Source: an uncultured Flavobacteriaceae bacterium (GTDB taxonomy: Bacteria > Bacteroidota > Bacteroidia > Flavobacteriales > Flavobacteriaceae). Taken from it: a DNA stretch of 64,000 bases. Below the pieces are notes generated by a model. It saw nothing but the letters and a program-made list of their open reading frames with translations, searched no databases and had not been told where the DNA came from. Within the stretch, counting starts at the first letter, position 1; each line of letters starts with the position of its first letter. Position numbers and translations under genes: made by a program. The stretch is from assembly GCA_963793325.1 (NCBI GenBank), contig CAWBZU010000001.1, positions 659,314-723,313 on the forward strand, read 5' to 3'. Shown in pieces: positions 49,738 through 60,306 of this stretch.

Positions 49738-50541
49738 ATGAAAGAACTTCTAAGGCGCTTATTAACCGGAGCTGTTTATGTAATTCTGCTTCTTTCTGCT
49801 GTTTTTCTTAGTTCGGATGCATTTGACTTCCTTTTTATGGTTTTCGGCCTGGCCTGTTTATATGAATATAAGAGACTGGTTGCTCTAAGGGGTTACTATG
49901 TTTTTATAGCCTATCTGGGTCTATGGTGGGTTTATATTTATCTTATACATGATAAAATATTGATCAATATGCTCATGTTTCTGACTATCATTGTTAACTT
50001 TAGTTTGATATACTATCTCTTTTCAAAAAAGAAAAAAATCTATTATAATTACGAAAAGTTTGTTGCAGGTTTATTCTATGTTGGAGGTGGATGCATTTTT
50101 TTAACTATGATCCCGTATAAAGATAATGAGTTTGCAAAATATTTAATTATGGGAATTTTTATATTAATTTGGGTTAATGATTCCTTTGCCTATATAGTAG
50201 GCAAAACATTGGGGCGCACTAAGCTATATCCGGCCGTTTCCCCTAAAAAAACCATTGAAGGCACTATTGGCGGGTTGGTTTTTACATTGGGAGCCGCCTA
50301 TATTATGGCAAAATATGAAGATATTGTAAACCCTGTACAATGGGTTATTCTGGCTGGGGTAATTGTATTAACCGGGAGCTTGGGTGATCTTGTTGAATCT
50401 AAACTAAAAAGGCAGGCTGGTGTTAAAGATAGCGGAGCCATTTTGCCCGGGCATGGAGGTATGCTGGATCGCTTAGATAGTTTAATATTTGCAGCTCCAT
50501 TTGCTTATTTAACTTTAATGTTGTTTTCATATGTTCCATAG
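49738..50541 (+). CDS. cdsA: Phosphatidate cytidylyltransferase
   Basis: 267-aa polytopic protein with the C-terminal signature SKLKRQAGVKDSGAILPGHGGMLDRLDS. Confidence 0.9.
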   Translation: MKELLRRLLTGAVYVILLLSAVFLSSDAFDFLFMVFGLACLYEYKRLVALRGYYVFIAYLGLWWVYIYLIHDKILINMLMFLTIIVNFSLIYYLFSKKKKIYYNYEKFVAGLFYVGGGCIFLTMIPYKDNEFAKYLIMGIFILIWVNDSFAYIVGKTLGRTKLYPAVSPKKTIEGTIGGLVFTLGAAYIMAKYEDIVNPVQWVILAGVIVLTGSLGDLVESKLKRQAGVKDSGAILPGHGGMLDRLDSLIFAAPFAYLTLMLFSYVP

Positions 50542-51199
50542 AGAAGGCCAGAAAATTATTCTAACAACATTCTTTAGCGTGGCTATTATTGTTTTATTGG
50601 CCCATTTTTATATAGCAGAACCATGGCTAAAGAATACTATACAAATTCTGGCTTTAGTCATATTAGTTCTTATTCTTCAGTTTTTTCGTAATCCAAAGAG
50701 GGTTATTAATAAGAATTTTAATGATATTCTGGCCCCTGCTGACGGAAAAGTAGTTGTTATAGAAGAAGTGGAAGAAGAAGAATATTTTAAGGATAAGCGC
50801 ATTCAGGTCTCCATATTTATGTCCCCAACCAATGTACATGTAACAAGATATCCGGCGAGTGGGGTTATAAAATATTTCAAATATCATCCCGGAAAATATC
50901 TTGTTGCCTGGCATCCAAAATCTAGTGAAAAAAACGAACGGACTACTGTTGTAATCCATACCCCCAGATTTGGGGACATTTTGTACAGGCAAATTGCCGG
51001 CGCCATGGCAAGGCGCATTGTAAATTATGCAGAAGTAGGCGAGAACGTGCAACAGGGTGAGGATGCAGGATTTATTAAATTTGGGTCCAGGGTAGATCTG
51101 TTATTGCCTTTAGACAGTGCAATTACCGTAAAATTAAACCAGAAAGTTGTTGGTGCCAAAACCTGCATTGCAACCACTCCTCATAGGGATGAAGAATGA
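50531..51199 (+). CDS. psd: Phosphatidylserine decarboxylase family proenzyme
   Basis: 222 aa with an N-terminal TM region and a FGSRVDL self-cleavage-type motif. It overlaps cdsA by 11 nt. Confidence 0.87.
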   Translation: MFHREGQKIILTTFFSVAIIVLLAHFYIAEPWLKNTIQILALVILVLILQFFRNPKRVINKNFNDILAPADGKVVVIEEVEEEEYFKDKRIQVSIFMSPTNVHVTRYPASGVIKYFKYHPGKYLVAWHPKSSEKNERTTVVIHTPRFGDILYRQIAGAMARRIVNYAEVGENVQQGEDAGFIKFGSRVDLLLPLDSAITVKLNQKVVGAKTCIATTPHRDEE

Positions 51200-51449
51200 T
51201 CAATTATATAGCGATTTCTTAAACGCAGTTAAACAAGTAAATGACTACAAAAAGCCATTGCCGGCTGATTTGTTGTTGAAATTATATGCGTACTATAAAA
51301 TTGCCAACAAAAACTATAATAACCCTGGAAGTAAAACCCCATTGATTAATGCTTTTAAAGCCAATGCTTTGATTCAGGCACAAAATATTGGTCGTGAAGA
51401 GGCAATGGAATTGTATATTAATCTGGTACAAAAAGAAATTGCCCGTTAA
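51189..51449 (+). CDS. Acyl-CoA-binding protein-like (ACBP) small protein
   Basis: 86 aa from the ATG at 51189 (MKNDQLYSDFLNAVKQVNDYKKPLPADLLLKLYAYYKIAN...), which resembles the ACBP helix pattern. It overlaps psd by 11 nt. Confidence 0.6.
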   Translation: MKNDQLYSDFLNAVKQVNDYKKPLPADLLLKLYAYYKIANKNYNNPGSKTPLINAFKANALIQAQNIGREEAMELYINLVQKEIAR

Positions 51450-51461
51450 TATCAACGAACA

Positions 51462-52229
51462 TTATTCATATAAATCTTTACAATTGGCTTTGCACAAATC
51501 ATAAATCAGATTTCCTATTTTCAAGGATAGATCTTCAAAGAATCTTTTACCTTTTTCGATGGTTGCATTTTCCGGATTCCCAACACCCGTATCCTCACTT
51601 ATCTCCGACCATTTTCGTTCTGCCCATACCCAACCTTCCATAAATGCTTTGATCTTGTATTTTTTAGAGTCCCCAGACCCCCACTTATCTTTGGGTAAGA
51701 CTAATTCAGGTTTAAGATACAGCATAAGACTGGTCTCCATTTCTTCGGCGTGATCTCCATCATTTTTAAAATAATCTGATCTGGTCATTGCCTGAAACCA
51801 ATTGGAGAAACAAATAAACATATCCGGATATTTTAAACCCAACTCCCTTACCAAAGGTTTAAAATTATTCCCGCCATGACTGTTAAAGATGAGCAGTTTG
51901 TTGACCCCCTGCCTATTAAGGGTTTCCACAATGTCTTTTAAGATGGCCAGTTGAGTTGTCGGATTTAGATTTATATCCAGATAAATATCCGATTGCCCTG
52001 TATTTACCCCAAACGGAATTGTTGGCAACACAATGGGCTTTGCGCCTCTTTCCCAGGCAATTTTGGCAGCAGCCGCAGAAATATAATCGGCTTCATAATT
52101 ATCCGTAGCATAAGGTAAATGATAATTATGCGCCTCTGTTGCTCCCCATGGTAAAATGGCCAGTTCAAAATTGGCGTCCTTAATAGTTTCCCAGTTAGAC
52201 TCTGCAAGTATATATGGTCTTATCTCCAT
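51462..52229 (-). CDS. Creatininase (creatinine amidohydrolase) family protein
   Basis: 255 aa with LPWGATEAHNYHLPYATD and NSHGGN motifs. Confidence 0.8.
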   Translation of the reverse strand: MEIRPYILAESNWETIKDANFELAILPWGATEAHNYHLPYATDNYEADYISAAAAKIAWERGAKPIVLPTIPFGVNTGQSDIYLDINLNPTTQLAILKDIVETLNRQGVNKLLIFNSHGGNNFKPLVRELGLKYPDMFICFSNWFQAMTRSDYFKNDGDHAEEMETSLMLYLKPELVLPKDKWGSGDSKKYKIKAFMEGWVWAERKWSEISEDTGVGNPENATIEKGKRFFEDLSLKIGNLIYDLCKANCKDLYE

Positions 52230-52238
52230 AATTTATTT

Positions 52239-53507
52239 TTATAAAACAATATTGGCATTTAATGATTCTCTTTCTATTAATGTAAAATATATGCCTCCGA
52301 TTACGGTTATAAGAAAATATACAGCAACCAAATAAACACCACCTGAAATTTTGGCATTCAACCCAAACCAATCTCCGGTACTGAATATAAGAACCAGTCC
52401 AAATATTCCCCGACCGAGTTCTATCCAAATAGCACTCCTGTTTCTGTCCATGAGCGTCGTATATCCATATATTCCAAAAAACATAAAGGTTCCAAATAAA
52501 AGAAGGCCATTGAAACCAATTTCGGTATAGTTATAAAACATAAAAAGTAACAATATCAGGGTTGTCAACATCTGAAAAACAGCATACCCTTTAAAAGCAA
52601 AAGATGCCCTTGTCTGATATCGCTGAAAATGATATACATCCTGAATAACAGTTATCGGATATTTCTCCTTAACATCAGCCGGACGCCAGCCTGTAGGCAT
52701 AAACCAAATTCTTAATTTATCCCAATAGCTTTCCGTACGCCAGGCATCTTTAATCAAAAGCCATAAATGCTGGAAATTAATGAGTAATGGATTCCAGGTC
52801 CGCACAGGCTTCAAAACACCATATTGAGGTGGCACCTCCGGCAGTTCTTCCTGAAAAGTACCAAACCAACGATCCCAAACACACAATACCTGCCCAAGAT
52901 TTTTATCTATATATTCCCGATTTATTGCATGATGAACACGGTGCTGAGATGGTGTAACAATGATATATTCTAACCAGCCCATCTTTCCTATATGCTGTGT
53001 GTGATACCAAAACTGAGCGAAAAGGTGGATGGGTGCCAATATTGCAATTACCGTTGCCGGCACTCCTAGGATGGCGGCAGGAATCAGAAAAAGTGGAAAA
53101 TACCCTATTAAATTGGAAACAGATTGTCGCAATGCACATGCCAAATTAAATTCCTCGCTACTGTGATGTATAATGTGCTGATTCCAAAAAAAATTAATGC
53201 GATGACTCATACGATGGTTCCAATAACCTGCAAAATCAATTGCAATAAATGCAATAACCCATACCAGCCAACTGGCTTTTATTTCTGTCATTGCAAGGTG
53301 CTCCAACAAATAAGGATAACTCACAATAATAATTCCCAGACCAAGGGAATCCTTTAAAATATTAGATAAGCCCGAACTAATGCTGCTAACAGTATCCAGA
53401 ACCTTGTGCTTTTGATTTTTAACAAAGTACCCGTATAGTATTTCTATGCCCATTAAAAAAATAAAAAAAGGAATGGCATAAAGGAGTGCAGTAGCGTATG
53501 ATTCCAT
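52239..53507 (-). CDS. Fatty acid hydroxylase / sterol desaturase family membrane protein with an extra C-terminal multi-TM region
   Basis: 422 aa with His boxes HRMSH, HIIHH and HRVHH in the first roughly 230 aa, then about 4 further hydrophobic helices. Confidence 0.75.
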   Translation of the reverse strand: MESYATALLYAIPFFIFLMGIEILYGYFVKNQKHKVLDTVSSISSGLSNILKDSLGLGIIIVSYPYLLEHLAMTEIKASWLVWVIAFIAIDFAGYWNHRMSHRINFFWNQHIIHHSSEEFNLACALRQSVSNLIGYFPLFLIPAAILGVPATVIAILAPIHLFAQFWYHTQHIGKMGWLEYIIVTPSQHRVHHAINREYIDKNLGQVLCVWDRWFGTFQEELPEVPPQYGVLKPVRTWNPLLINFQHLWLLIKDAWRTESYWDKLRIWFMPTGWRPADVKEKYPITVIQDVYHFQRYQTRASFAFKGYAVFQMLTTLILLLFMFYNYTEIGFNGLLLFGTFMFFGIYGYTTLMDRNRSAIWIELGRGIFGLVLIFSTGDWFGLNAKISGGVYLVAVYFLITVIGGIYFTLIERESLNANIVL

Positions 53508-53678
53508 CTAAAAAAGTGCTTCACTCAAAGATAGAAAAATTCAGCTATTGCTGCCAAGTATCATTTCATTCTTCCTTTTGAATAGTATTAAAGACCGAAG
53601 TAAAAAAATGAAATAATAACCAAATAACACTTGAATGCTGCGCGGTTCAACTAATAAATGACATACTAAAGGAAGTAC

Positions 53679-54272
53679 CTAATTGAAAGGGCCAACCATT
53701 ATATGCGCTCTGTGGGTGCCCGGATCCATTAACCATGGCATTCCGGGTGCGTGTGGCTTACTGGGAAGCCCGGTAGATTCTGTGGTGGCAAATGGGGTAT
53801 ATATAACATAGCGAAACTTACCATCTTTTAGTTCACCTGTGGATTTATCATAATTCTCATCAGTTCCATAAAATATATACATCATACTAGGTTCCTCAGG
53901 CATTTTAATTTTTCCGGAAGCTATTTCCTCACCTCTAATATCCCTTTTTTCATTAAAGTTTTTACCCTCGGCAGTCAGCTCTCTCCCCCTTGCCATAAAG
54001 GGTTCCAGTTTCCTGGAATAGCAACTGACACTTATACCTTCTTTAGCAGGATCATCACACAGGCAAACCAGGTTATTGGTGCCTTCACGCAAAACAACCA
54101 ATTTACCCTGTTCATCATAGCCATACACCATGGCATCCATTCTGTCCTCCTCCGGAGCGGGTAACACTGCCGTTTTAATTTGAATCTCTGCCGGTAATAT
54201 TTCTATCCCGGTCTTCTGCGCCGGAACTGAAATTAAAAAAAGAAAGAAAAATAATGTCAGTATAGGTCTCAT
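53679..54272 (-). CDS. Hypothetical secreted protein
   Basis: 197 aa with a signal peptide (LTLFFFLFLISVPAQ). No recognisable domain. Confidence 0.45.
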   Translation of the reverse strand: MRPILTLFFFLFLISVPAQKTGIEILPAEIQIKTAVLPAPEEDRMDAMVYGYDEQGKLVVLREGTNNLVCLCDDPAKEGISVSCYSRKLEPFMARGRELTAEGKNFNEKRDIRGEEIASGKIKMPEEPSMMYIFYGTDENYDKSTGELKDGKFRYVIYTPFATTESTGLPSKPHAPGMPWLMDPGTHRAHIMVGPFN

Positions 54273-54354
54273 TTGAAAGTACTTTGTTTAAATATAAACA
54301 TCCTTGAGGAAATCCTCAAACAATAGCATATTAACTTTAAATAAAACATCCTGA

Positions 54355-56985
54355 TTATTCCAAACTACTCAGGCTTTTTTCCAGAGTTTCAATTTTGGCC
54401 GCTGCATCCTCCGCCTTCTTTTTTTCTATTGCCACTACATTTTCGGGAGCATTTTGAACAAACCGATCATTAGCCAGTTTTTTAGTAACGGATTGTAAGA
54501 AACCTTTGGTATATGAAAGTTCTTCCCGGATTTTCTTTATTTCAGCCTCAACATCTAGGGTTCCTGCAACAGGTATAAAATATTCATTACTGCGAACCCT
54601 GAATGCCAGTGCACCATCAACCGCCTCTAGTACGGAATTAATTCGACCGACATTAGCCAGTTTTTTAATAATAACATCCCAATCCTGGCTTATTCCTTCT
54701 TTATTTAGAACAGAAAGTTCCAAAGTTTCTTTTAATGGAATATTCTTCTCTTTTCGAATATTCCGAATACCGGAAATGACTTCGGTCGCTAGTTCAAAAG
54801 CCTTAATTAGTTCAGGATCAAATTTCTCGGTTTCCGGCCAGCTGGCAATAATTAAGGCCTCTGATTGTTTCCGTTCTGAGATACGCTGCCATATTTCTTC
54901 GGATAGAAAAGGCATAAATGGGTGCAAAAGCTTTAAATTATCCTCAAATATTGATCTGATGGCATTGTAACTTTTCTGATCTATAGGCTGCTGATAGGCA
55001 GGTTTCACTATTTCCAGCAGCCATGAGCAAAAATCATCCCATACCAGTTTGTATATGGCCATCAATGCGTCTGATATGCGGTATTTGTTAAAATGGTCTT
55101 CAATCTCTTCCAGTACCTGGTTGAATCTGGCAGTATACCATTCAATCCCTTTTACAGAGGATTCAGGCTGCGGAATTTCGGCAACTTCCCAACCATCAAC
55201 AAGACGAAAGGCGTTCCATATTTTATTGGCAAAGTTTTTTCCTTGCTGACACAGAGCCTCATCAAATAAAAGGTCATTTCCGGCCGCGGAACTAAGTAAT
55301 AAGCCAACTCTCACGGCATCGGCCCCGTATTTTGAAATCAATTCAAGGGCATCGGGGGAATTACCAAGAGATTTGGACATCTTACGCCTTTCTTTATCCC
55401 GCACTAAACCTGTCAGATAAACATTTTTAAAAGGTTTTTCTCCTCTAAATTCATAACCGGCAATAATCATACGGGCTACCCAAAAAAACAAAATATCGGG
55501 CCCGGTAACCAAATCGCTTGTAGGATAATAATAATTAACTTCTTTATTATCCGGTTCCAAAATTCCGCCAAAAACACTAATCGGCCAGAGCCAGGACGAA
55601 AACCAGGTATCCAGAACATCCTCGTCCTGTCTCAGATTATTGGCATCCAGCCCAATATTCCCGGATTTAGCCCTTGCTTTGATCACGGCTTCTTCCATAG
55701 ATTCGGCAACAACAAAATCATTTTCACCATCACCAAAATAATACGCCGGTATACGTTGTCCCCACCAGAGTTGCCTGGATATATTCCAATCCCGGATGTT
55801 CTCCATCCAATGGCGGTAGGTGTTTTCAAATTTACTTGGGAAAAGTTTCACTTCCCTGGTTTCCAGTACAGCGTCTATAGCTGGCTTTGCTAAATTTTCC
55901 ATTTTAAGAAACCATTGATCTGATAGTCTGGGTTCTATAACGGCTTTAGTTCGCTCAGAGGTGCCTACTTTAATTACATAAGGTTCCACTTTTGCTAAAA
56001 AGCCATTTTCTTTTAATTCTTTTACTATCGCCTTCCGCACTGCAAACCGGTCCATGCCTTCATAATGCATTCCAAAAGAATTTAATGAAGCGTCGTCATT
56101 AAAAATATCAATGGTTTCAAGTTGGTGTTTCTCACCAAGAAGCTTATCATTTTCGTCATGTGCAGGTGTCACTTTGAGACAACCAGTCCCAAATTCCATG
56201 GAAACATATTCATCTTCAATTATAGGAATCACTCTGTTACATATAGGAACGATAGCCTGTTTACCCTTCAAATTCCAATATCGTTCATCATTTGGATTGA
56301 CACAAATGGCAGTATCACCAAGAATGGTTTCAGGACGTGTAGTAGCAATTGTGACTTTATCATCAGAGCCTTCAATGGAATAGGTGAGGTAATACAACTC
56401 TCCATTTCGCTCTTCATAAACGACTTCCTCATCTGATAGGGTCGTTTTAGCTTCAGGGTCCCAGTTCACCATGCGATATCCCCTATAGATTAAGCCCTTC
56501 TCAAATAAATCAATAAAAACCTTGATAACCGAAGCAGACATATCTTCATCCATCGTAAATTTCGTACGATCCCAGTCACAAGAACAACCTAACTTTTTTA
56601 GTTGTTCTAATATTACACCACCATATTCATGAGTCCATTCCCAGGCATGATTCAAGAATTCCTCTCTTGGAATATCTTTTTTATTTATGCCCAGTTCCTT
56701 GAGTTTGGCAACTACTTTTGCCTCTGTCGCTATGGAAGCATGGTCAGTTCCGGGTACCCAGCAGGCATTCAGGCCAAGCAGACGGGCCCTTCTTATTAGT
56801 ACATCCTGTATGGTATTATTTAACATGTGACCCATATGCAGAATACCCGTAACATTAGGAGGTGGTATAACTATGGTATAGGGTTTGCGATTATCAGGTG
56901 TAGAATGAAAATAATTATTGGCCATCCAATAGTTATACCAATGGTCTTCTATTATCTGTGGCTCATATTTTGATGGAATATCCAT
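54355..56985 (-). CDS. valS: Valine--tRNA ligase
   Basis: Class I motifs HMGH and KMSKS plus a C-terminal coiled coil. The ATG at 56985 (MDIPSKYEP...) is preferred over the ORF-track TTG at 57012. Confidence 0.97.
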   Translation of the reverse strand: MDIPSKYEPQIIEDHWYNYWMANNYFHSTPDNRKPYTIVIPPPNVTGILHMGHMLNNTIQDVLIRRARLLGLNACWVPGTDHASIATEAKVVAKLKELGINKKDIPREEFLNHAWEWTHEYGGVILEQLKKLGCSCDWDRTKFTMDEDMSASVIKVFIDLFEKGLIYRGYRMVNWDPEAKTTLSDEEVVYEERNGELYYLTYSIEGSDDKVTIATTRPETILGDTAICVNPNDERYWNLKGKQAIVPICNRVIPIIEDEYVSMEFGTGCLKVTPAHDENDKLLGEKHQLETIDIFNDDASLNSFGMHYEGMDRFAVRKAIVKELKENGFLAKVEPYVIKVGTSERTKAVIEPRLSDQWFLKMENLAKPAIDAVLETREVKLFPSKFENTYRHWMENIRDWNISRQLWWGQRIPAYYFGDGENDFVVAESMEEAVIKARAKSGNIGLDANNLRQDEDVLDTWFSSWLWPISVFGGILEPDNKEVNYYYPTSDLVTGPDILFFWVARMIIAGYEFRGEKPFKNVYLTGLVRDKERRKMSKSLGNSPDALELISKYGADAVRVGLLLSSAAGNDLLFDEALCQQGKNFANKIWNAFRLVDGWEVAEIPQPESSVKGIEWYTARFNQVLEEIEDHFNKYRISDALMAIYKLVWDDFCSWLLEIVKPAYQQPIDQKSYNAIRSIFEDNLKLLHPFMPFLSEEIWQRISERKQSEALIIASWPETEKFDPELIKAFELATEVISGIRNIRKEKNIPLKETLELSVLNKEGISQDWDVIIKKLANVGRINSVLEAVDGALAFRVRSNEYFIPVAGTLDVEAEIKKIREELSYTKGFLQSVTKKLANDRFVQNAPENVVAIEKKKAEDAAAKIETLEKSLSSLE

Positions 56986-57189
56986 AATTTCGGTACAGTT
57001 TTTGTAAATCAATTACAAGATGAAAAAATAATTATCAGTTTAAATGTTAAACTAGTGATAATCATTTTAATTTTTTTTTCCGGATTGGAAATACGAAACA
57101 AAAATAAGTAACGTTAGAAGATAACAAAAGAATTTTGGATGTTGATACCAAAACATTTACATTTGGAATTCACCCAAAACCAAAAAGTG

Positions 57190-57576
57190 ATGAAAAAAAT
57201 AGTATTAGTATTATTTGTAGGCCTACTTACAATAACTGTAAACGCCCAGGATAAGACGGCTAAGATTGAATTTAAAACTGAAACCGTGGATTACGGTGTA
57301 ATAGAAAAAGGCAGTGATGGAATTAGGGTATTTGAATTCACAAACACGGGAACAGCTCCTTTAATTATAAGCAAAGTAAGTTCCAGTTGTGGCTGTACTA
57401 TCCCTAAAAAACCTGAAGAAGCAATTCTACCAGGTAAAACAGGTGAAATACAAGTTAAATATGACACCAAGAGAGTAGGTCCCATTAGAAAAGCGATAAC
57501 AGTAATATCCAATGCTGACACTCCTACCATAGTATTAAAAATTAAAGGTGAAGTAACAGGTGTGGATGGAAAATAA
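57190..57576 (+). CDS. DUF1573 domain secreted protein
   Basis: MKKIVLVLFVGLL signal peptide, an Ig-like domain, and the SSCGCT motif typical of DUF1573. Confidence 0.75.
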   Translation: MKKIVLVLFVGLLTITVNAQDKTAKIEFKTETVDYGVIEKGSDGIRVFEFTNTGTAPLIISKVSSSCGCTIPKKPEEAILPGKTGEIQVKYDTKRVGPIRKAITVISNADTPTIVLKIKGEVTGVDGK

Positions 57577-57594
57577 AAAAATCTGTTTTTCTTG

Positions 57595-57632
57595 AAAATA
57601 ATAACCGGAATCTTCATTCCGGTTTTTTTTAT
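57595..57632. terminator. Bidirectional intrinsic terminator between convergent genes
   Basis: aaaataat-aaccggaat-cttc-attccggtt-tttttt. The stem is 9 bp, flanked by an A-run on one side and a T-run on the other. Confidence 0.8.
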
Positions 57633-59002
57633 TCAAATGCCTTTTTGAGCACAAAGGAAAATAACAAATTGTTATTGTAACGCTCTATTAGTACTTTTAT
57701 TCGTTTTCCTTCTTTTTCATTAAGCATTTTCATGACTTCCTGCAGTTTATAACTATGGATACGCTTGCCATTTACCGCCAAAATTATATCTCCTTCCTTT
57801 AGTCCCGCTTCTTCAGCAGGGCTACCTGCCCTGATTCCTGAAACAATAATCTCAGGAACCAGACTAAGACGGGTTTTGTTTTGCATAAGAATCTGTACAT
57901 CCCCAAATGTCCTTGCATTATTCCTGACAACACCCCTGTCATCCGCTATCCGATCCGCAATATATCTGACACCATTATGTTGCAATTGCAGGCCACACAT
58001 ATTGTATTCGAAAGGATCTGTAAAATTTGCATTCTTTTTTAAAGTAATTTCTCCTGCCGGATAATTAAAAATAATATTAAATCGCTTGAGGATTGCTCCC
58101 CCGACACTTCCATTTCTATTTCCAATCACCGAAGCAGTACTAAAGGTTTCCATATCCGGAAATGCCGCCTTAGCTTCCTTGATTGAAAACTGGCCAATAC
58201 TCATACTATTTACCTTGGTGCGTTTACCAAATATGCTTCCATTCAAACCTTGGCCCAAAAAATCCTGATAGTTTTTTGCAGGAATGTCAAGTCCTTTATT
58301 CTCATCCTTAAAAAGCCAAACAGCATCACTACTGCCAGTGTCAATTAAGAGTTTGACAGGTACATCAGCCGTAGTATCCAAACCTACATTTGCATCGATG
58401 TAAGCCTTGTTTCGCCTAATAAACAAGGGCAATTTTTGTGATCTGGAGTTCTCTTTTTCCTTATAAAATTTCGGATCATGAAATTTAATGTATTCCGCAC
58501 TGTAATTTATTTCAACTACAAAATCGCGAAATAGGTCATAACCAATAATTCCATGAATCGGGATTCCCAAACTTGGGGAGAAATTCATATCCTTGTCCAA
58601 TACCACATATAAGATCTGATTTAAATTCCTGATTTCCTCCAATTTAAAGAAATTCCCTTTTGAACTTAGCGCTTTAATCGGATCCCCCTCGCCCAAACCT
58701 CTTATGGTGATTTCAGATACATTTTTTAATTGAATGGAATCCTGGTCTGAGACGTTGAAAAGAATAGGTTTACTTACTCCTGAATCCAGAATAAAAGATA
58801 AGTTTGCCCCGTTGACTTCAATAGGTATAATTATAAGGTTATTGATTAACTGGAAGTTGATCTTTTCAAATTTTTTTCCTTCTGCCAATTCATAACCTTG
58901 TGATATACCAATTAATGGAATACACAGAATTAACAATAGGAGATATTTAAATATTGTACGCAACTTGCTAATAATTAACTGGATGTCTCTTAAAGGTATC
59001 AA
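57629..59002 (-). CDS. Secreted retropepsin-like (double D-S/T-G) aspartic protease with a C-terminal PDZ domain
   Basis: 457 aa with two motifs, LDSGVSKPILF and IDTGSSDAVWLF, and a PDZ (GSPAEEAGLKEGDIILAVNGKRI). There is no in-frame ATG at the N-terminus, so the start is uncertain (TTG at 59002 or at about 58963). Confidence 0.65.
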   Translation of the reverse strand: MIPLRDIQLIISKLRTIFKYLLLLILCIPLIGISQGYELAEGKKFEKINFQLINNLIIIPIEVNGANLSFILDSGVSKPILFNVSDQDSIQLKNVSEITIRGLGEGDPIKALSSKGNFFKLEEIRNLNQILYVVLDKDMNFSPSLGIPIHGIIGYDLFRDFVVEINYSAEYIKFHDPKFYKEKENSRSQKLPLFIRRNKAYIDANVGLDTTADVPVKLLIDTGSSDAVWLFKDENKGLDIPAKNYQDFLGQGLNGSIFGKRTKVNSMSIGQFSIKEAKAAFPDMETFSTASVIGNRNGSVGGAILKRFNIIFNYPAGEITLKKNANFTDPFEYNMCGLQLQHNGVRYIADRIADDRGVVRNNARTFGDVQILMQNKTRLSLVPEIIVSGIRAGSPAEEAGLKEGDIILAVNGKRIHSYKLQEVMKMLNEKEGKRIKVLIERYNNNLLFSFVLKKAFE

Positions 59003-59112
59003 ATAAATACGGAAGTTCGCAATACTTTAACATTCCTTTAGATGAACTGATAATAATTAACTTTAAGTTGTTTTGTCCATAATGATTTCCCATTTTTGCT
59101 AAAATTTTGAAT

Positions 59113-60306
59113 ATGCCAGTCATCTCCAGGAAGGGTCAATTAATGCCGGAATCACCAATCCGAAAACTGGTTCCATACGCAGAAGATGCCAAATTGCGAG
59201 GCATTGAAGTTATTCACCTAAATATTGGACAACCGGATATAAAAACTCCCAAACAGGCCTTAGACGCTGTAAAAAACAACACAATTGAGGTATTAGCCTA
59301 CAGTAGAACTGAGGGATCCGAAATTTACCGTAAAAAATTAAGTAATTATTACAAAAACCAAGATATTCATGTTACACACAATGATATTTTGGTAACTACC
59401 GGGGGATCAGAAGCACTCTCTTTTGCTATGGGAAGCATTGCAGATGCTCAAGATGAAATTATAATTCCTGAACCTTTTTATGCAAATTACAATGGTTTCG
59501 CTACTGCAATGGGTATAAAAGTAACTCCGGTACTTTCGCGAATTGAAAACAATTTTGCGTTACCCCCCATAGAGGAATTCGAAAAGCTCATAAACAATAA
59601 TACAAGGGCAATCCTCATTTGCAATCCGGGAAATCCCACTGGTTATTTATACAATAAAACTGAGATTCATAAACTGGCCTTATTGGTAAAAAAATATAAT
59701 CTATTTCTTGTTGCAGATGAAGTATATAGAGAATTCACCTATGATGGAAATGAGCACTATTCCATATTGCAGGAAAACGGGCTGGAAGAACATGCCATAG
59801 TTATAGATTCTGTTTCAAAGAGGTATAGCATGTGTGGCGCAAGGATTGGTTGCCTTGTTTCTAAAAATAAGGAGATTATAAAAACTGCTTTAAAATTTGC
59901 ACAAGCCAGGCTTTCTCCTCCCACATATGCCCAAATTGCCAGTGAAGCTGCTTTAGATACACCTCAGGCGTATTTTAAAGATGTTATAGAAGAATACGTA
60001 GAAAGGCGCAATCTGCTTATAAATGAATTGACTAAAATTGAGGGGGTGATAGTAGGCAGGCCTCAAGGTGCATTTTATTGTATAGCTCAATTACCGATAG
60101 AAGACGCCGATCATTTTGCACAATGGCTTCTTGAAAAATATGATTTAAACGGTGAGACCGTCATGGTTGCACCAGCTGCCGGATTTTATGCAACCGAAGG
60201 AATGGGTAAAAATCAGATTCGAATTGCTTATGTTCTCAAAAAAGAACGCCTGATGAAAGCGGTTAAAATATTAAAAGAAGCACTTAAAACCTACCGGGCT
60301 TTGTGA
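59113..60306 (+). CDS. Pyridoxal phosphate-dependent aminotransferase (class I, aspartate/aromatic type)
   Basis: About 397 aa with SPIRKL, NPGNPTG, and the PLP lysine in SVSKRYSMCGARIG. Confidence 0.88.
   Translation: MPVISRKGQLMPESPIRKLVPYAEDAKLRGIEVIHLNIGQPDIKTPKQALDAVKNNTIEVLAYSRTEGSEIYRKKLSNYYKNQDIHVTHNDILVTTGGSEALSFAMGSIADAQDEIIIPEPFYANYNGFATAMGIKVTPVLSRIENNFALPPIEEFEKLINNNTRAILICNPGNPTGYLYNKTEIHKLALLVKKYNLFLVADEVYREFTYDGNEHYSILQENGLEEHAIVIDSVSKRYSMCGARIGCLVSKNKEIIKTALKFAQARLSPPTYAQIASEAALDTPQAYFKDVIEEYVERRNLLINELTKIEGVIVGRPQGAFYCIAQLPIEDADHFAQWLLEKYDLNGETVMVAPAAGFYATEGMGKNQIRIAYVLKKERLMKAVKILKEALKTYRAL

Noticed and set aside
54506-54970. A 154-aa plus-strand ORF inside valS.
   Set aside because: It is an antisense shadow ORF. 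valS is continuous and well supported across this interval.
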